Below are positions 12,001 to 24,464 of a stretch of 64,000 nt of DNA, one piece after another. Positions within the stretch are counted from its first letter, which is position 1, and every line of letters starts with the position of its first letter. The position numbers and the translations under genes were made by a program. Source of the DNA: Balanoglossus misakiensis. Its lineage: Eukaryota; Animalia; Hemichordata. The notes beneath the pieces are model-generated. The model was not told where the DNA came from, did no database searches, and saw only the letters and a list, made by a program, of their open reading frames with translations. Location: assembly GCA_040954595.2 (NCBI GenBank), contig JBECUI020000045.1:20165-84164 (forward strand). The letters are read 5' to 3'.

Positions 12001-15000
12001 ATACGGTGACGGTTGATAATGCGGCTGTCGGCGTTGATAGTGCATCGGTCAGCGGTAACACCATTACCCTTGTGATGACAGATAAGATAACCGCATCTGC
12101 TGTTGTTAATAGCATAGCGTATGCTGCCGATGCAGGTACGGCGGATTCTGTCGTTGACGCAGCCGGCAATGCGGCAGCAACACAAACGATAGACACCGAT
12201 ATAGCTAATAACTCCAATGTGGGGATAGATACGACAGCCCCGGTGATTACGGCGGTGAGTATCCCTGATGCGGCGATGAAGGTGGGTGACCCGGTCACAG
12301 TCACCATCACGGTTGATGATGATGGCGGTGATACCTATACGCTTGTAGAGGGTAGTACGGTAGGCGGTTTTGCCTTGAGCAATTTACAAAGGACAGACAG
12401 CACAACATACACCGCCGAATTTACCGTTGCCGCGGGTGGCACCGATGTGGCGGCTGATGCTGATATTCCTGTCTCCGTCACTTTAGAAGATAGCGCTGCC
12501 AATACGAGTGACCCATTCCAGACATCGATTAGCCAAGCAAACGATGTGATAGATGCCAATCTACCGTCTATTGCATCGGCAGAGGTTAACATAGACGGCG
12601 ATATTGTCCTTAGCTATAGCGAGGATATCTCTGCCTCTACCTTGGAGCCAAGCGATTATACGGTGATGGTTGATAGTGCGGCTGTCGGTGTTGATAGCGC
12701 ATCGGTCAGCGGTAGCACCGTTACCCTAGTAATGACAAATAAGATAACCGCATCTGCTACTGTTAACAGCGTAGTGTATGCTGCCGATACAGGCACGGCG
12801 GAGCTCTGTGGTTGACGCAGTCGGCAATGCGGCAGCGGCACAAACGATAGACACCGATATAGCTAATAACTCCAATGTGGGGATAGATACGACAGCCCCG
12901 GTGATTACGGCGGTGAGTATCCCTGATGCGGCGATGAAGGTGGGTGACCCGGTCACAGGTCACCATCACGGCTGATGATGATGGCGGTGATGCCTATACG
13001 CTTGTAGACGGTAGTACGGTGGGCGGTTTTGCCTTGAGCAATTTACAAAGGACAGACAGCACAACATACACCGCCACATTTACCGTTACCGATGGCGGTA
13101 CCGATGTGGCGGCTCTTGCCGATATATCGGTCTCCGTCACTTTAGAAGATAGCGCTGCCAATACGAGCGACCCATTCCAGACATCTATTAGCCAAGCAAA
13201 TGACGCGATAGATGCCAATCTACCGTCTATTGCATCGGCAGAGGTTAACATAGCCGGCGATATTGTCCTTAGCTATAGCGAGGATGTCTCTGCCTCTACC
13301 TTGGAAGCAAGCGATTATACGGTGATGGTTGATAGTGCGGCTGTCGGTGTTGATAGCGCATCGGTTAGCGGTAGCACCGTTACCCTAGTAATGACAAATA
13401 AGATAGCCGCATATACTGTTGTTGATAGCATAGCGTATGCTGCCAATGCAGGCACGGCGAGCTCTGTGGTTGACACAGCCGGCAACGCGGCAGCAACGCA
13501 AACAATAAATGCCGGTATCACTAATAACTCCAATGTGGCAGATACGACAGCCCCGGTGATTACGGCGGTGAGCATCCCTGATGCACCGATGAAGGCGGGC
13601 GATACGGTCACAGTCACCATCACGGTTGATGATGATGGCGGTGATCTCTATACGCTTGTAGCCGGTAGTACGGTGGGCGGTTTTGACTTGGGCAGTTTAG
13701 CAAGGACAAACAGCACAACATACACCGCCACATTTACCGTTACCGATGGTGGCACCGATGTGGTGGCCGTGGCCGATATACCGGTCTCCATCACTTTACA
13801 AGATAGCGCTACCAATACGAGTGACCTTTACCAGGCACCGATTAGCCAAGCAAATGACGCGATAGATGCCAATCTACCGTCTATTGTATCGGCACAGGTT
13901 AACGCAGCCGGCGATATTGTCCTTAGCTATAGCGAGGATGTATCTACCTCTACCTTGGAAGCAAGCGATTATACGGTGATGGTTAATAATGCGGTTGCCG
14001 GTATTGCTAGCGCAACAGCTAGCGGCAATACCATTACCCTGGTAATGACAGATAAGATAGCCCCATTTGCTACTGTTAATAGCATAGCGTATGCTGCCAA
14101 TGCAGGCACGGCGAGCTCTGTGGTTGACACAGCCGGTAATGCGGCAGCAACGCAAACAATAAATGCCGGTATCACTAATAACTCCAATGTGGCAGATACG
14201 ACAGCCCCGGTGATTACGGCGGTGAGTATCCCCGATAGCTCAATGAAATAGGCGATACGGTCACAGTCACCATCACGGTTGAAGATGATGGCGGTGATCT
14301 CTATACGCTTGTAGCCGGTAGTACGGTGGGCGGTTTTGCCTTGGGCAGTTTAGCAAGGACAGACAGCACAACATACACCGCCACATTTACCGTTACCGAT
14401 GGTGGCACCGATGTGGCAGCCGTGGCCGATATACCGGTCTCCATCACTTTGCAAGATAGCGCTACCAATGCGAGCAGCCCTTACCAGACACCGATTAGCC
14501 AAGCAAGCGATGCGATAGATGCTAATGCGCCTTTGATTGAGAGTATTGCAGTTACGACAGACGGTCATTTGCAGATTACCTGTGATGAGGCGGTCAGGAT
14601 TCCTGTAACGGAATTGACGGATTATACCGTTGTTGTTAATGGCGTGGATGTGAGTGCAGATATTGAAAGTATGCTGGTGCCGGACGCAAGCACCCTAGGG
14701 CGTTTTATCTTGTAATGCGAGCAGGCAGCGAAATTCAAAAGTATTCAGTAATCAACAGCGTGACTTATACTGCCGATGCAGGCGCGGCGAACTCTGTGGT
14801 TGACACAGCCGGCAATGCGGTAGCAACACAAACGATAGATACCGGTATAATCAATAACTCCAATGTGGCAGATACGACAGCCCCGGTGATTACGGCGGTG
14901 AGCATCCCTGATGCACCGATGAAGGCGGGCGATACGGTCACAGTCACCATCACGGTTGATGATGATGGCGGTGATCTCTATACGCTTGTAGCCGGTAGTA

Positions 15001-18000
15001 CGGTGGGCGGTTTTGACTTGGGCAGTTTAGCAAGGACAAACAGCACAACATACACCGCCACATTTACCGTTACCGATGGTGGCACCGATGTGGTGGCCGT
15101 GGCCGATATACCGGTCTCCATCACTTTACAAGATAGCGCTACCAATACGAGTGACCTTTACCAGGCACCGATTAGCCAAGGCAAATGACGCGATAGATGC
15201 CAATCTACCGTCTATTTGTATCGGCACAGGTTAACGCAGCCGGCGATATTGTCCTTAGCTATAGCGAGGATGTCTCTGCCTCTGCCTTGAAGCAAGCGAT
15301 TATACGGTTACGGTTAATAATGCGGTTGCCGGTATTGCTAGTGCATCGGTAAGCGGCAATACCATTACCCTGGTGATAGCAAATAAGATAGCCGCCTATA
15401 CTGTTGTTGATAGCATAGCGTATGCTGCCAATGCAGGCACGGCGAACTCTGTGGTTGACACAGCCGGTAATGCGGCAGCAACGCAAACAATAAATGCCGG
15501 TATCACTAATAACTCCAATGTGGCAGATACGACAGCCCCGGTGATTACGGCGGTGAGCATCCCTGATGCACCGATGAAGGCGGGTGATACGGTCACAGTC
15601 ACCATCACGGTTGATGATGATGGCGGTGATCTCTATACGCTTGTAGCCGGTAGTACGGTGGGCGGTTTTGACTTGGGCAGTTTAGCAAGGACAAACAGCA
15701 CAACATACACCGCCACATTTACCGTTACCGATGGTGGCACCGATGTGGTGGCCGTGGCCGATATACCGGTCTCCATCACTTTACAAGATAGCGCTACCAA
15801 TACGAGCAGCCCTTACCAGGCACCGATTAGCCAAGCAAATGACGCGATAGATGCCAATCTACCGTCTATTGTATCGGCCACAGGGTAACGCAGCCGGCGA
15901 TATTGTCCTTAGCTATAGCGAGGATGTCTCTGCCTCTGCCTTGGAAGCAAGCGATTATACGGTTACGGTTAATAATGCGGTTGCCGGTATTGCTAGTGCA
16001 TCGGTAAGCGGCAATACCATTACCCTGGTGATAGCAAATAAGATAGCCGCCTATACTGTTGTTGATAGCATAGCGTATGCTGCCAATGCAGGCACGGCGA
16101 ACTCTGTGGTTGACACAGCCGGTAATGCGGCAGCAACGCAAACAATAAATGCCGGTATCACTAATAACTCCAATGTGGCAGATACGACAGCCCCGGTGAT
16201 TACGGCGGTGAGCATCCCTGATGCACCGATGAAGGCGGGTGATACGGTCACAGTCACCATCACGGTTGATGATGATGGCGGTGATCTCTATACGCTTGTA
16301 GCCGGTAGTACGGTGGGCGGTTTTGACTTGGGCAGTTTAGCAAGGACAAACAGCACAACATACACCGCCACATTTACCGTTACCGCGGGTGGCACCGATG
16401 TGGTGGCCGTGGCCGATATACCGGTCTCCATCACTTTACAAGATAGTGCTACCAATACGAGCAGCCCTTACCAGACATCGATTAGCCAAGCAAATGACGC
16501 GATAGATGCCAACCTACCGTCTATTGTATCGGCACAGGTTAATGCAGCCGGCGATATTGTCCTGAGCTATAGCGAGAATATATCTACCTCTACCTTAGAG
16601 GCAGGCGATTATACGGTTACGGTTAATAATACGGTTGCCGGTGTTGCTAGCGCATCGGCAAGCGGCAATACCATTACCCTGGTAATGACAAATAAGATAG
16701 CCCCATCTGCTACTGTTAATAGCATAGCGTATGCTGCCAATGCAGGCACGGTGGACTCTGTGGTTGACACAGCCGGCAATGCGGCAGCAACGCAAACAAT
16801 AAATGCAGGTATCACTAATAACTCCAATGTGACAGATACGACAGCCCCAGTGATTACGGCGGTGAGCATCCCTGATGCACCGATGAAGGCGGGCGATACG
16901 GTCACAGTCACCATCACGGTTGATGATGATGGCGGTGATCTCTATACGCTTGTAGCCGGTAGTACGGTGAGCGGTTTTGACTTGGGCAGTTTAGCAAGGA
17001 CAAACAGCACAACATACACCGCCACATTTACCGTTACCGATGGTGGCACCGATGTGGTGGCCGTGGCCGATATACCGGTCTCCATCACTTTAGAAGATAG
17101 CGCTACCAATGCGAGCGACCCATTCCAGACATCGATTAGCCAAGCAAACGATGCGATAGATGCCAACCTACCGTTTATTGTATCGGCACAGGTTAACGCA
17201 GCCGGCGATATTGTCCTTAGCTATAGCGAGAATGTATCTACCTCTACCTTAGAGGCAGGCGATTATACGGTTACGGTTAATAATACGGTTGCCGGTGTTG
17301 CTAGCGCATCGGTTAGCGGTAGCACCGTTACCCTAGTAATGACAAATAAGATAGCCGCCTATACTGTTGTTGATAGCATAGCGTATGCTGCCAATGCAGG
17401 CACGGTGGACTCTGTGGTTGACACAGCCGGCAATGCGGCAGCAACGCAAACAATAAATGCCGGTATCACTAATAACTCCAATGTGGCAGATACGACACCC
17501 CCGGTGATTACGGCGGTGAGCATCCCTGATGCACCGATGAAGGCGGGCGATACGGTCACAGTCACCATCACGGTTGATGATGATGGCGGTGATCTCTATA
17601 TGCTTGTAGCCGGTAGTACGGTAGGCGGGTTTACCTTGAATGGTTTAACCAAGCAAAGCAACACGCAATACACCGCCACATTTACCGTTACCGCGGGTGG
17701 TACCGATGTGGCGGCCGCGGCCGATATCCCGGTCTCCGTCACTTTACAGATAGTGCTACCAATACGAGCAGCCCTTACCAGACATCGATTAGCCAAGCAA
17801 ACGATGCGATAGATGCCAGCCTACCGTCTATTGTATCGGCACAGGTTAATGCAGCCGGCGATATTGTCCTTAGCTATAGCGAGAATATATCTACCTCTAC
17901 CTTAGAGGCAGGCGATTATACGGTTACGGTTAATAATGCGGTTGCCGGTATTGCTAGCGCATCGGCAAGCGGCAATACCATTACCCTGGTAATGACAGAT

Positions 18001-21000
18001 AAGATAGCCCCATTTGCTACTGTTAATAGCATAGCGTATGCTGCCAATGCAGGCACGGCGAACTCTGTGGTTGACACAGCCGGTAATGCGGCAGCAACGC
18101 AAACAATAAATGCCGGTATCACTAATAACTCCAATGTGGCAGATACGACAGCCCCGGTGATTACGGCGGTGAGCATCCCTGATGCACCGATGAAGGCGGG
18201 CGATACGGTCACAGCCACCATCACGGTTGATGATGATGGCGGTGATCTCTATACGCTTGTAGCCGGTGTAATAGGTGGTTTTACCCTGAGTAATTTACAA
18301 AGGCAAAGCAGCACACAATACACCGTCGAATTTACTGTTACCGCTAATGGCGCCGCCGATGTGGCAGCCGATGCCGATATCTCGGTCTTCGTCGCTTTGC
18401 AAGATAGTGCTGCCAATGCGAGCAGCCCTTACCAGACATCGATTAGCCAAGCAAATGACGCGATAGATGCCAGCCTACCGTCTATTGTATCGGCACAGGT
18501 TAATGCAGCCGGCGATATTGTCCTTAGCTATAGCGAGAATATATCTACCTCTACCTTAGAAGCAAGCGATTATACGGTTACGGTTAATAATGCGGTTGCC
18601 GGTGTTGCTAGCGCATCGGCAAGCGGCAATACCATTACGCTAGTAATGACAGATAAGATAGCCGCATATACTGTTGTTAATAGCATAGCGTACGCTGCCA
18701 ATGCAGGCACGGCGAACTCTGTGGTTGACGCGGCCGGTAATGCGGCAGCAACGCAAACAATAAATGCCGGTATCACTAATAACTCCAATGTGGCAGATAC
18801 GACAGCCCCGGTGATTACGGCGGTGAGCATCCCTGATGCACCGATGAAGGCAGGCGATACGGTCACAGCCACCATCACGGTTGATGATGATGGCGGTGAT
18901 CTCTATACGCTTGTAGCTGGTGTAATAGGTGGTTTTACCCTGAGTAATTTACAAAGGCAAAGCAGCACACAATACACCGTCGAATTTACTGTTACCGCTA
19001 ATGGCGCCGCCGATGTGGCAGCCGATGCCGATGTCTCGGTCTTCGTCGCTTTGCAAGATAGTGCTGCCAATGCGAGCAGCCCTTACCAGACATCGATTAG
19101 CCAAGCAAACGATGCGATAGATGCCAGCCTACCGTCTATTGTATCGGCACAGGTTAATGCAGCCGGCGATATTGTCCTTAGCTATAGCGAGAATATATCT
19201 ACCTCTACCTTAGAGGGCAGGCGATTATACGGTTACGGTTAATAATGCGGTTGCCGGTGTTGCTAGCGCATCGGCAAGCGGCAATACCATTACGCTAGTA
19301 ATGACAGATAAGATAGCCGCATATACTGTTGTTAATAGCATAGCGTACGCTGCCAATGCAGGCACGGCGAACTCTGTGGTTGACACAGCCGGTAATGCGG
19401 CAGCAACGCAAACAATAAATGCCGGTATCACTAATAACTCCAATGTGGCAGATACGACAGCCCCGGTGATTACGGCGGTGAGCATCCCTGATGCACCGAT
19501 GAAGGCAGGCGATACGGTCACAGCCACCATCACGGTTGATGATGATGGCGGTGATCTCTATACGCTTGTAGCTGGTGTAATAGGTGGTTTTACCCTGAGT
19601 AATTTACAAAGGCAAAGCAGCACACAATACACCGTCGAATTTACTGTTACCGCTAATGGCGCCGCCGATGTGGCAGCCGATGCCGATGTCTCGGTCTTCG
19701 TCGCTTTGCAAGATAGTGCTGCCAATGCGAGCAGCCCTTACCAGACATCGATTAGCCAAGCAAACGATGCGATAGATGCCAGCCTACCGTCTATTGTATC
19801 GGCACAGGTTAATGCAGCCGGCGATATTGTCCTTAGCTATAGCGAGAATATATCTACCTCTACCTTAGAGGCAGGCGATTATACGGTTACGGTTAATAAT
19901 GCGGTTGCCGGTATTGCTAGCGCATCGGCAAGCGGCAATACCATTACCCTGGTAATGACAGATAAGATAGCCGCATATACTGTTGTTGATAGCATAGCGT
20001 ATGCTGCCAATGCAGGCACGGCGAACTCTGTGGTTGACACAGCCGGTAATGCGGCAGCAACGCAAACAATAAATGCCGGTATCACTAATAACTCCAATGT
20101 GGCAGATACGACAGCCCCGGTGATTACGGCGGTGAGCATCCCTGATGCACCGATGAAGGCGGGCGATACGGTCACAGCCACCATCACGGTTGATGATGAT
20201 GGCGGTGATCTCTATACGCTTGCAGCTGGTGTAATAGGTGGTTTTGCCCTGAGTAATTTACAAAGGCAAAGCAGCACACAATACACCGTCGAATTTACTG
20301 TTACCGCTAATGGTGGCGCCGATGTGGCAGCCGATGCCGATGTCTCGGTCTTCGTCGTTTTGCAAGATAGTGCTGCCAATTTGAGCAGCCCTTACCAGAC
20401 ATCGATTAGCCAAGCAAACGATGCGATAGATGCCAGCCTACCGTCTATTGTATCGGCACAGGTTAACACAGCCGGCGATATTGTCCTTAGCTATAGCGAG
20501 AATATATCTACCTCTACCTTAGAGGCAGGCGATTATACGGTTACGGTTAATAATGCGGTTGCCGGTATTGCTAGCGCATCGGCAAGCGGCAATACCATTA
20601 CCCTGGTAATGACAGATAAGATAGCCGCATATACTGTTGTTGATAGCATAGCGTATGCTGCCAATGCAGGCACGGCGAACTCTGTGGTTGACACAGCCGG
20701 TAATGCGGCAGCAACGCAAACAATAAATGCCGGTATCACTAATAACTCCAATGTGGCAGATACGACAGCCCCGGTGATTACGGCGGTGAGCATCCCTGAT
20801 GCACCGATGAAGGCGGGCGATACGGTCACAGCCACCATCACGGTTGATGATGATGGCGGTGATCTCTATACGCTTGTAGCTGGTGTAATAGGTGGTTTTG
20901 CCCTGAGTAATTTACAAAGGCAAAGCAGCACACAATACACCGTCGAATTTACTGTTACCGCTAATGGTGGCGCCGATGTGGCAGCCGATGCCGATATCTC

Positions 21001-24000
21001 GGTCTTCGTCGCTTTGCAAGATAGTGCTGCCAATGCGAGCGACCCTTACCAGACATCGATTAGCCAAGCAAACGATGCGATAGATGCCAGCCTACCGTCT
21101 ATTGTATCGGCACAGGTTAACACAGCCGGCGATATTGTCCTTAGCTATAGCGAGAATATATCTACCTCTACCTTAGAGGCAGGCGATTATACGGTTACGG
21201 TTAATAATGCGGTTGCCGGTGTTGCTAGCGCATCGGCAAGCGGCAATACCATTACCCTGGTAATGACAGATAAGATAGCCCCATTTGCTACTGTTAATAG
21301 CATAGCGTATGCTGCCAATGCAGGCACGGCGAACTCTGTGGTTGACACAGCCGGTAATGCGGCAGCAACGCAAACAATAAATGCCGGTATCACTAATAAC
21401 TCCAATGTGGCAGATACGACAGCCCCGGTGATTACGGCGGTGAGCATCCCTGATGCACCGATGAAGGCAGGCGATACGGTCACAGCCACCATCACGGTTG
21501 ATGATGATGGCGGTGATCTCTATACGCTTGTAGCTGGTGTAATAGGTGGTTTTACCCTGAGTAATTTACAAAGGCAAAGCAGCACACAATACACCGTCGA
21601 ATTTACTGTTACCGCTAATGGCGCCGCCGATGTGGCAGCCGATGCCGATGTCTCGGTCTTCGTCGCTTTGCAAGATAGTGCTGCCAATGCGAGCAGCCCT
21701 TACCAGACATCGATTAGCCAAGCAAACGATGCGATAGATGCCAGCCTACCGTCTATTGTATCGGCACAGGTTAATGCAGCCGGCGATATTGTCCTTAGCT
21801 ATAGCGAGAATATATCTACCTCTACCTTAGAGGCAGGCGATTATACGGTTACGGTTAATAATGCGGTTGCCGGTGTTGCTAGCGCATCGGCAAGCGGTAA
21901 CACCATTACCCTGGTAATGACAAATAAGATAGCCCCATCTGCTACTGTTAATAGCATAGCGTATGCTGCCAATGCAGGCACGGCGAACTCTGTGGTTGAC
22001 GCGGCCGGTAATGTGGCAGCAACGCAAACAATAAATGCCGGTATCACTAATAACTCCAATGTGGCGGTAGATACGACACCCCCCACGGCACATGCGACCG
22101 ACCCTATTGTTGCTGCTGATTCTATTGCTAATCCGGATGGAGTAAAAGATAACCGGCTGATCATCAAGTTCAGCGAACCCGTTGATACTGGGGATGTAAC
22201 CCTAGATAGTATTGGAGCGGCCTTGGGCACGGCTGCTAACGGTGCAAGCGTTGAGATATCCGGTCATCCGAATATAATTGAAGTTGCAGGTATAGATGCC
22301 GATGCGGACGGGACTTACACTCTGGTTGCAGACCCCGCTACGCTATCGGTCACCGCCGATTTTACACCCGATACCTCAGCGACCGCGATTGATACCACTA
22401 AACCAGTCTATGCCTATACCAATGGGCAGGGCGAGACTTGGTATCTCTGGGCAAGGACGGGCAGCGGGTATCATATAAGCCAGTTGGATAATAACGACAA
22501 ATGGTGGTGGGAGAGTGCCACTTCCTTTGTGTCCAATCCCGCTGATATTACTAGTTTGGTGAGGACCGATGGTGATGCAGGCACTAATTTTACCCCAACA
22601 ACCGGTTGGACGCTGACCGATTATGCTGATACTTATGATATCACACTTGGCAGCGATGCAACTGTTACGGAAGGCTCCTCCTTAGTTCTGACGGGCGTGA
22701 CAGATCATGCCGGCAATGACGCGCCGTTCATCATATTCCTTGTGCCGAGTTTATCAGATACGACTGTGGTAGACACGACACCCCCCACGGCACATGCGAC
22801 CGACCCTATTGTTGCTGCTGATTCTATTGCTAATCCGGATGGAGTAAAAGATAACCGGCTGATCATCAAGTTCAGCGAACCCGTTGATACTGGGGATGTA
22901 ACCTTAGACAGTATTGGAGCGACCTTGGGAACGGCTGCTAACGGTGCAAGCGTTGAGATATCCGGTCATCCGAATATAATTGAAGTTGCAGGTATAGATG
23001 CCGATGCGGACGGGACTTACACTCTGGTTGCAGACCCCGCTACGCTATCGGTTACCGCCGATTTTACACCCGATACCTCAGCGACCGCGATTGATACCAC
23101 TAAACCAGTCTATGCCTATACCAATGGGCAGGGCGAGACTTGGTATCTCTGGGCAAGGACGGGCAGCGGGTATCATATAAGCCAGTTGGATAATAACGAC
23201 AAATGGTGGTGGGAGAGTGCCACTTCCTTTGTGTCCAATCCCGCTGATATTACTAGTTTGGTGAGGACCGATGGTGATGCAGGCACTAATTTTACCCCAA
23301 CAACCGGTTGGACGCTGACCGATTATGCTGATACTTATGATATCACACTTGGCAGCGATGCAACTGTTACGGAAGGCTCCTCCTTAGCTCTGACGGGCGT
23401 GACAGATCATGCCGGCAATGACGCGCCGTTCATCATATTCCTTGTGCCGAGTTTATCAGATACGACCAGTAGCAGCAGTTCGCGGTCGGTTGCTAGCGAT
23501 ACCGTGTCAAAGATTGGTATTACTGTAACAGGCTTAGACGGGGCAGGTGAGTCTCTATTATATGATAACGGCAACAGCATTGCCTTAGACAGCGACACAA
23601 GCGAGACAAAAACAGCTCAGAGCTTAGGCGGTGTGACGGGTGTCAGTATCAGTTGGGATGGTACTGCCTTAACCATCAATAAAGATGACGGTAGTGCTTT
23701 CACAACAGAGGAGGCCAAGGACATGATCAATGCGCTTAGATACCAAGACACAAGTCCATCAACGACCAATGACAAGGTCTTTAGTGCTGCCCTGATAGAC
23801 GAGGAAGGCAATGTATCGGATACGGTCACCACAACGATCATTGCCGTAGATGCAAGCAATATCGCCTCGCTGACTGCCACGGATGCTAGGGATATATTTG
23901 ATTACGGTGCTGTAGCAATAGGTGATTCTGCGATCAACGACTTTGCCGTAGGTGCAGGCGGCGACCGATTAGATCTGGCAGACCTATTAGACTACGACCC

Positions 24001-24202
24001 GAACACGGCAGGCAAGGATGATCTCAGTGCCTTTTTGTCTGTGACCGATACATCGGCTACTGTCGGTGGTGATGTCATACTGGCCGTTGATGCCAATGGT
24101 GATGGTAGCGGTGCAGACTTTAGCATTACCTTAAACGGTGTCGGCAACGCAGGCGAGTTCACCCTAGCCGACCTAACAGACGATAACCTCATCGTCGTAT
24201 AG
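5157..24202 (+). CDS. Giant repetitive T1SS-type secreted/adhesin-like protein, paralog 2 (~6,350 aa when ~12 single-base indels are bridged)
   Basis: AGGAG RBS at 5142-5146 and ATG at 5157. ORF fragments 5157..10106, 10060..11721, 11718..12815, 12944..14251, 14326..14715, 14715..15188, 15373..15888, 15851..17812, 17992..19242 and 19301..24202 are consecutive pieces of one repeat array. Each break coincides with a 1-nt indel relative to sister repeats. There is one N-terminal domain and one C-terminal T1SS-like domain. Confidence 0.85.
7989..22065 (+). repeat. ~22 tandem 654-657-bp coding units (SwmB-like + Ig-like pair, 218-219 aa) in paralog 2
   Basis: Unit starts (gatgccaatctaccgtctattg or variants) at ~7989, 8646, 9285, 9942, 10600, 11257, 11895, 12552, 13211, 13865, 14518, 15196, 15850, 16505, 17159, 17812, 18466, 19120, 19775, 20429, 21083 and 21737. 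Antisense shadow ORFs recur every 654 bp (19879, 20533, 21187, 21841). Confidence 0.92.
22068..23463 (+). repeat. 702-bp tandem duplication of the Ig-like domain carrying the Trp-rich insert
   Basis: DTTPPTAHATDP...FLVPSLSDTT occurs twice; shadow ORFs at 22296 and 22998 are 702 bp apart. A single copy is in paralog 1 at ~3676-4380. Confidence 0.9.
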
Positions 24203-24216
24203 AGGGATATTGCCAA

Positions 24217-24238
24217 GTAGGGGGTTTCTTACCCCTAC
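24217..24238 (+). terminator. GC-rich hairpin just after the stop codon (possible terminator, mRNA-stabilising or REP-like stem); copies 37314-37335, 52686-52709
   Basis: GTAGGGG-gtttctta-CCCCTAC forms a 7-bp stem. There is no downstream U-tract, so intrinsic termination is uncertain. Confidence 0.35.
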
Positions 24239-24313
24239 GCAAGCACCCCCAAGCAATAGCCTTGTGCTATTAAGGCATGGGCTTGTCGTGCCCACATACA
24301 AGGCACACCCCTC

Positions 24314-24343
24314 AATACAAGCACTTATTCAAGTTCTTGTATT
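24314..24343. promoter_or_regulatory. AT-rich inverted repeat (candidate operator or weak terminator); copies 37412-37441, 52785-52814
   Basis: AATACAAG-c(a/g)cttattcaagtt-CTTGTATT has 8-bp perfect arms conserved in all three spacers, 12 bp upstream of a TTGAGA hexamer. Confidence 0.45.
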
Positions 24344-24355
24344 TATCATACAGAT

Positions 24356-24383
24356 TTGAGACAATGAAGAACATTTCTAAAAT
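24356..24383 (+). promoter_or_regulatory. Candidate sigma70-type promoter for paralog 3
   Basis: TTGAGA-N16-TAAAAT, ~80 bp upstream of ATG 24465; motif match only. Confidence 0.4.
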
Positions 24384-24464
24384 GATAGCTTATCATACAC
24401 AGCAACATGCTTGGTATTGATCAAGCAAACAACATGATGCAATAAACACAGGAGACGATTATCT

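Larger units (their letters stand above)
24203..24464 (+). repeat. Conserved ~263-bp intergenic spacer, copy 1
   Basis: Highly similar to 37300-37563 and 52674-52936; contains five short inverted repeats, a candidate promoter and an RBS. Confidence 0.92.

Noticed and set aside
10060-19242. Separate genes or true pseudogenes for each ORF fragment
   Set aside because: The fragments lack RBS and terminal domains, abut at 1-nt indels and show no other decay; treated as one gene.
7989-22065. CRISPR array or non-coding satellite
   Set aside because: Units are 654-657 bp, multiples of three and protein-coding; there is no short repeat/unique spacer structure and no cas genes.
24203-24310. Named riboswitch, tRNA or REP/IS end in the spacer
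   Set aside because: No consensus could be matched confidently by eye. The GTAG-led hairpin is REP-like, but no transposase is present and dispersal elsewhere cannot be assessed.
24411-24427. Sigma54 promoter TTGGTATTGATCAAGCA (GG-N10-GC) in all three spacers
   Set aside because: The spacing fits, but the -12 element is AAGCA rather than TTGCA/T and the sequence is equally explained as the TGCTTG/CAAGCA inverted repeat; too weak to call.
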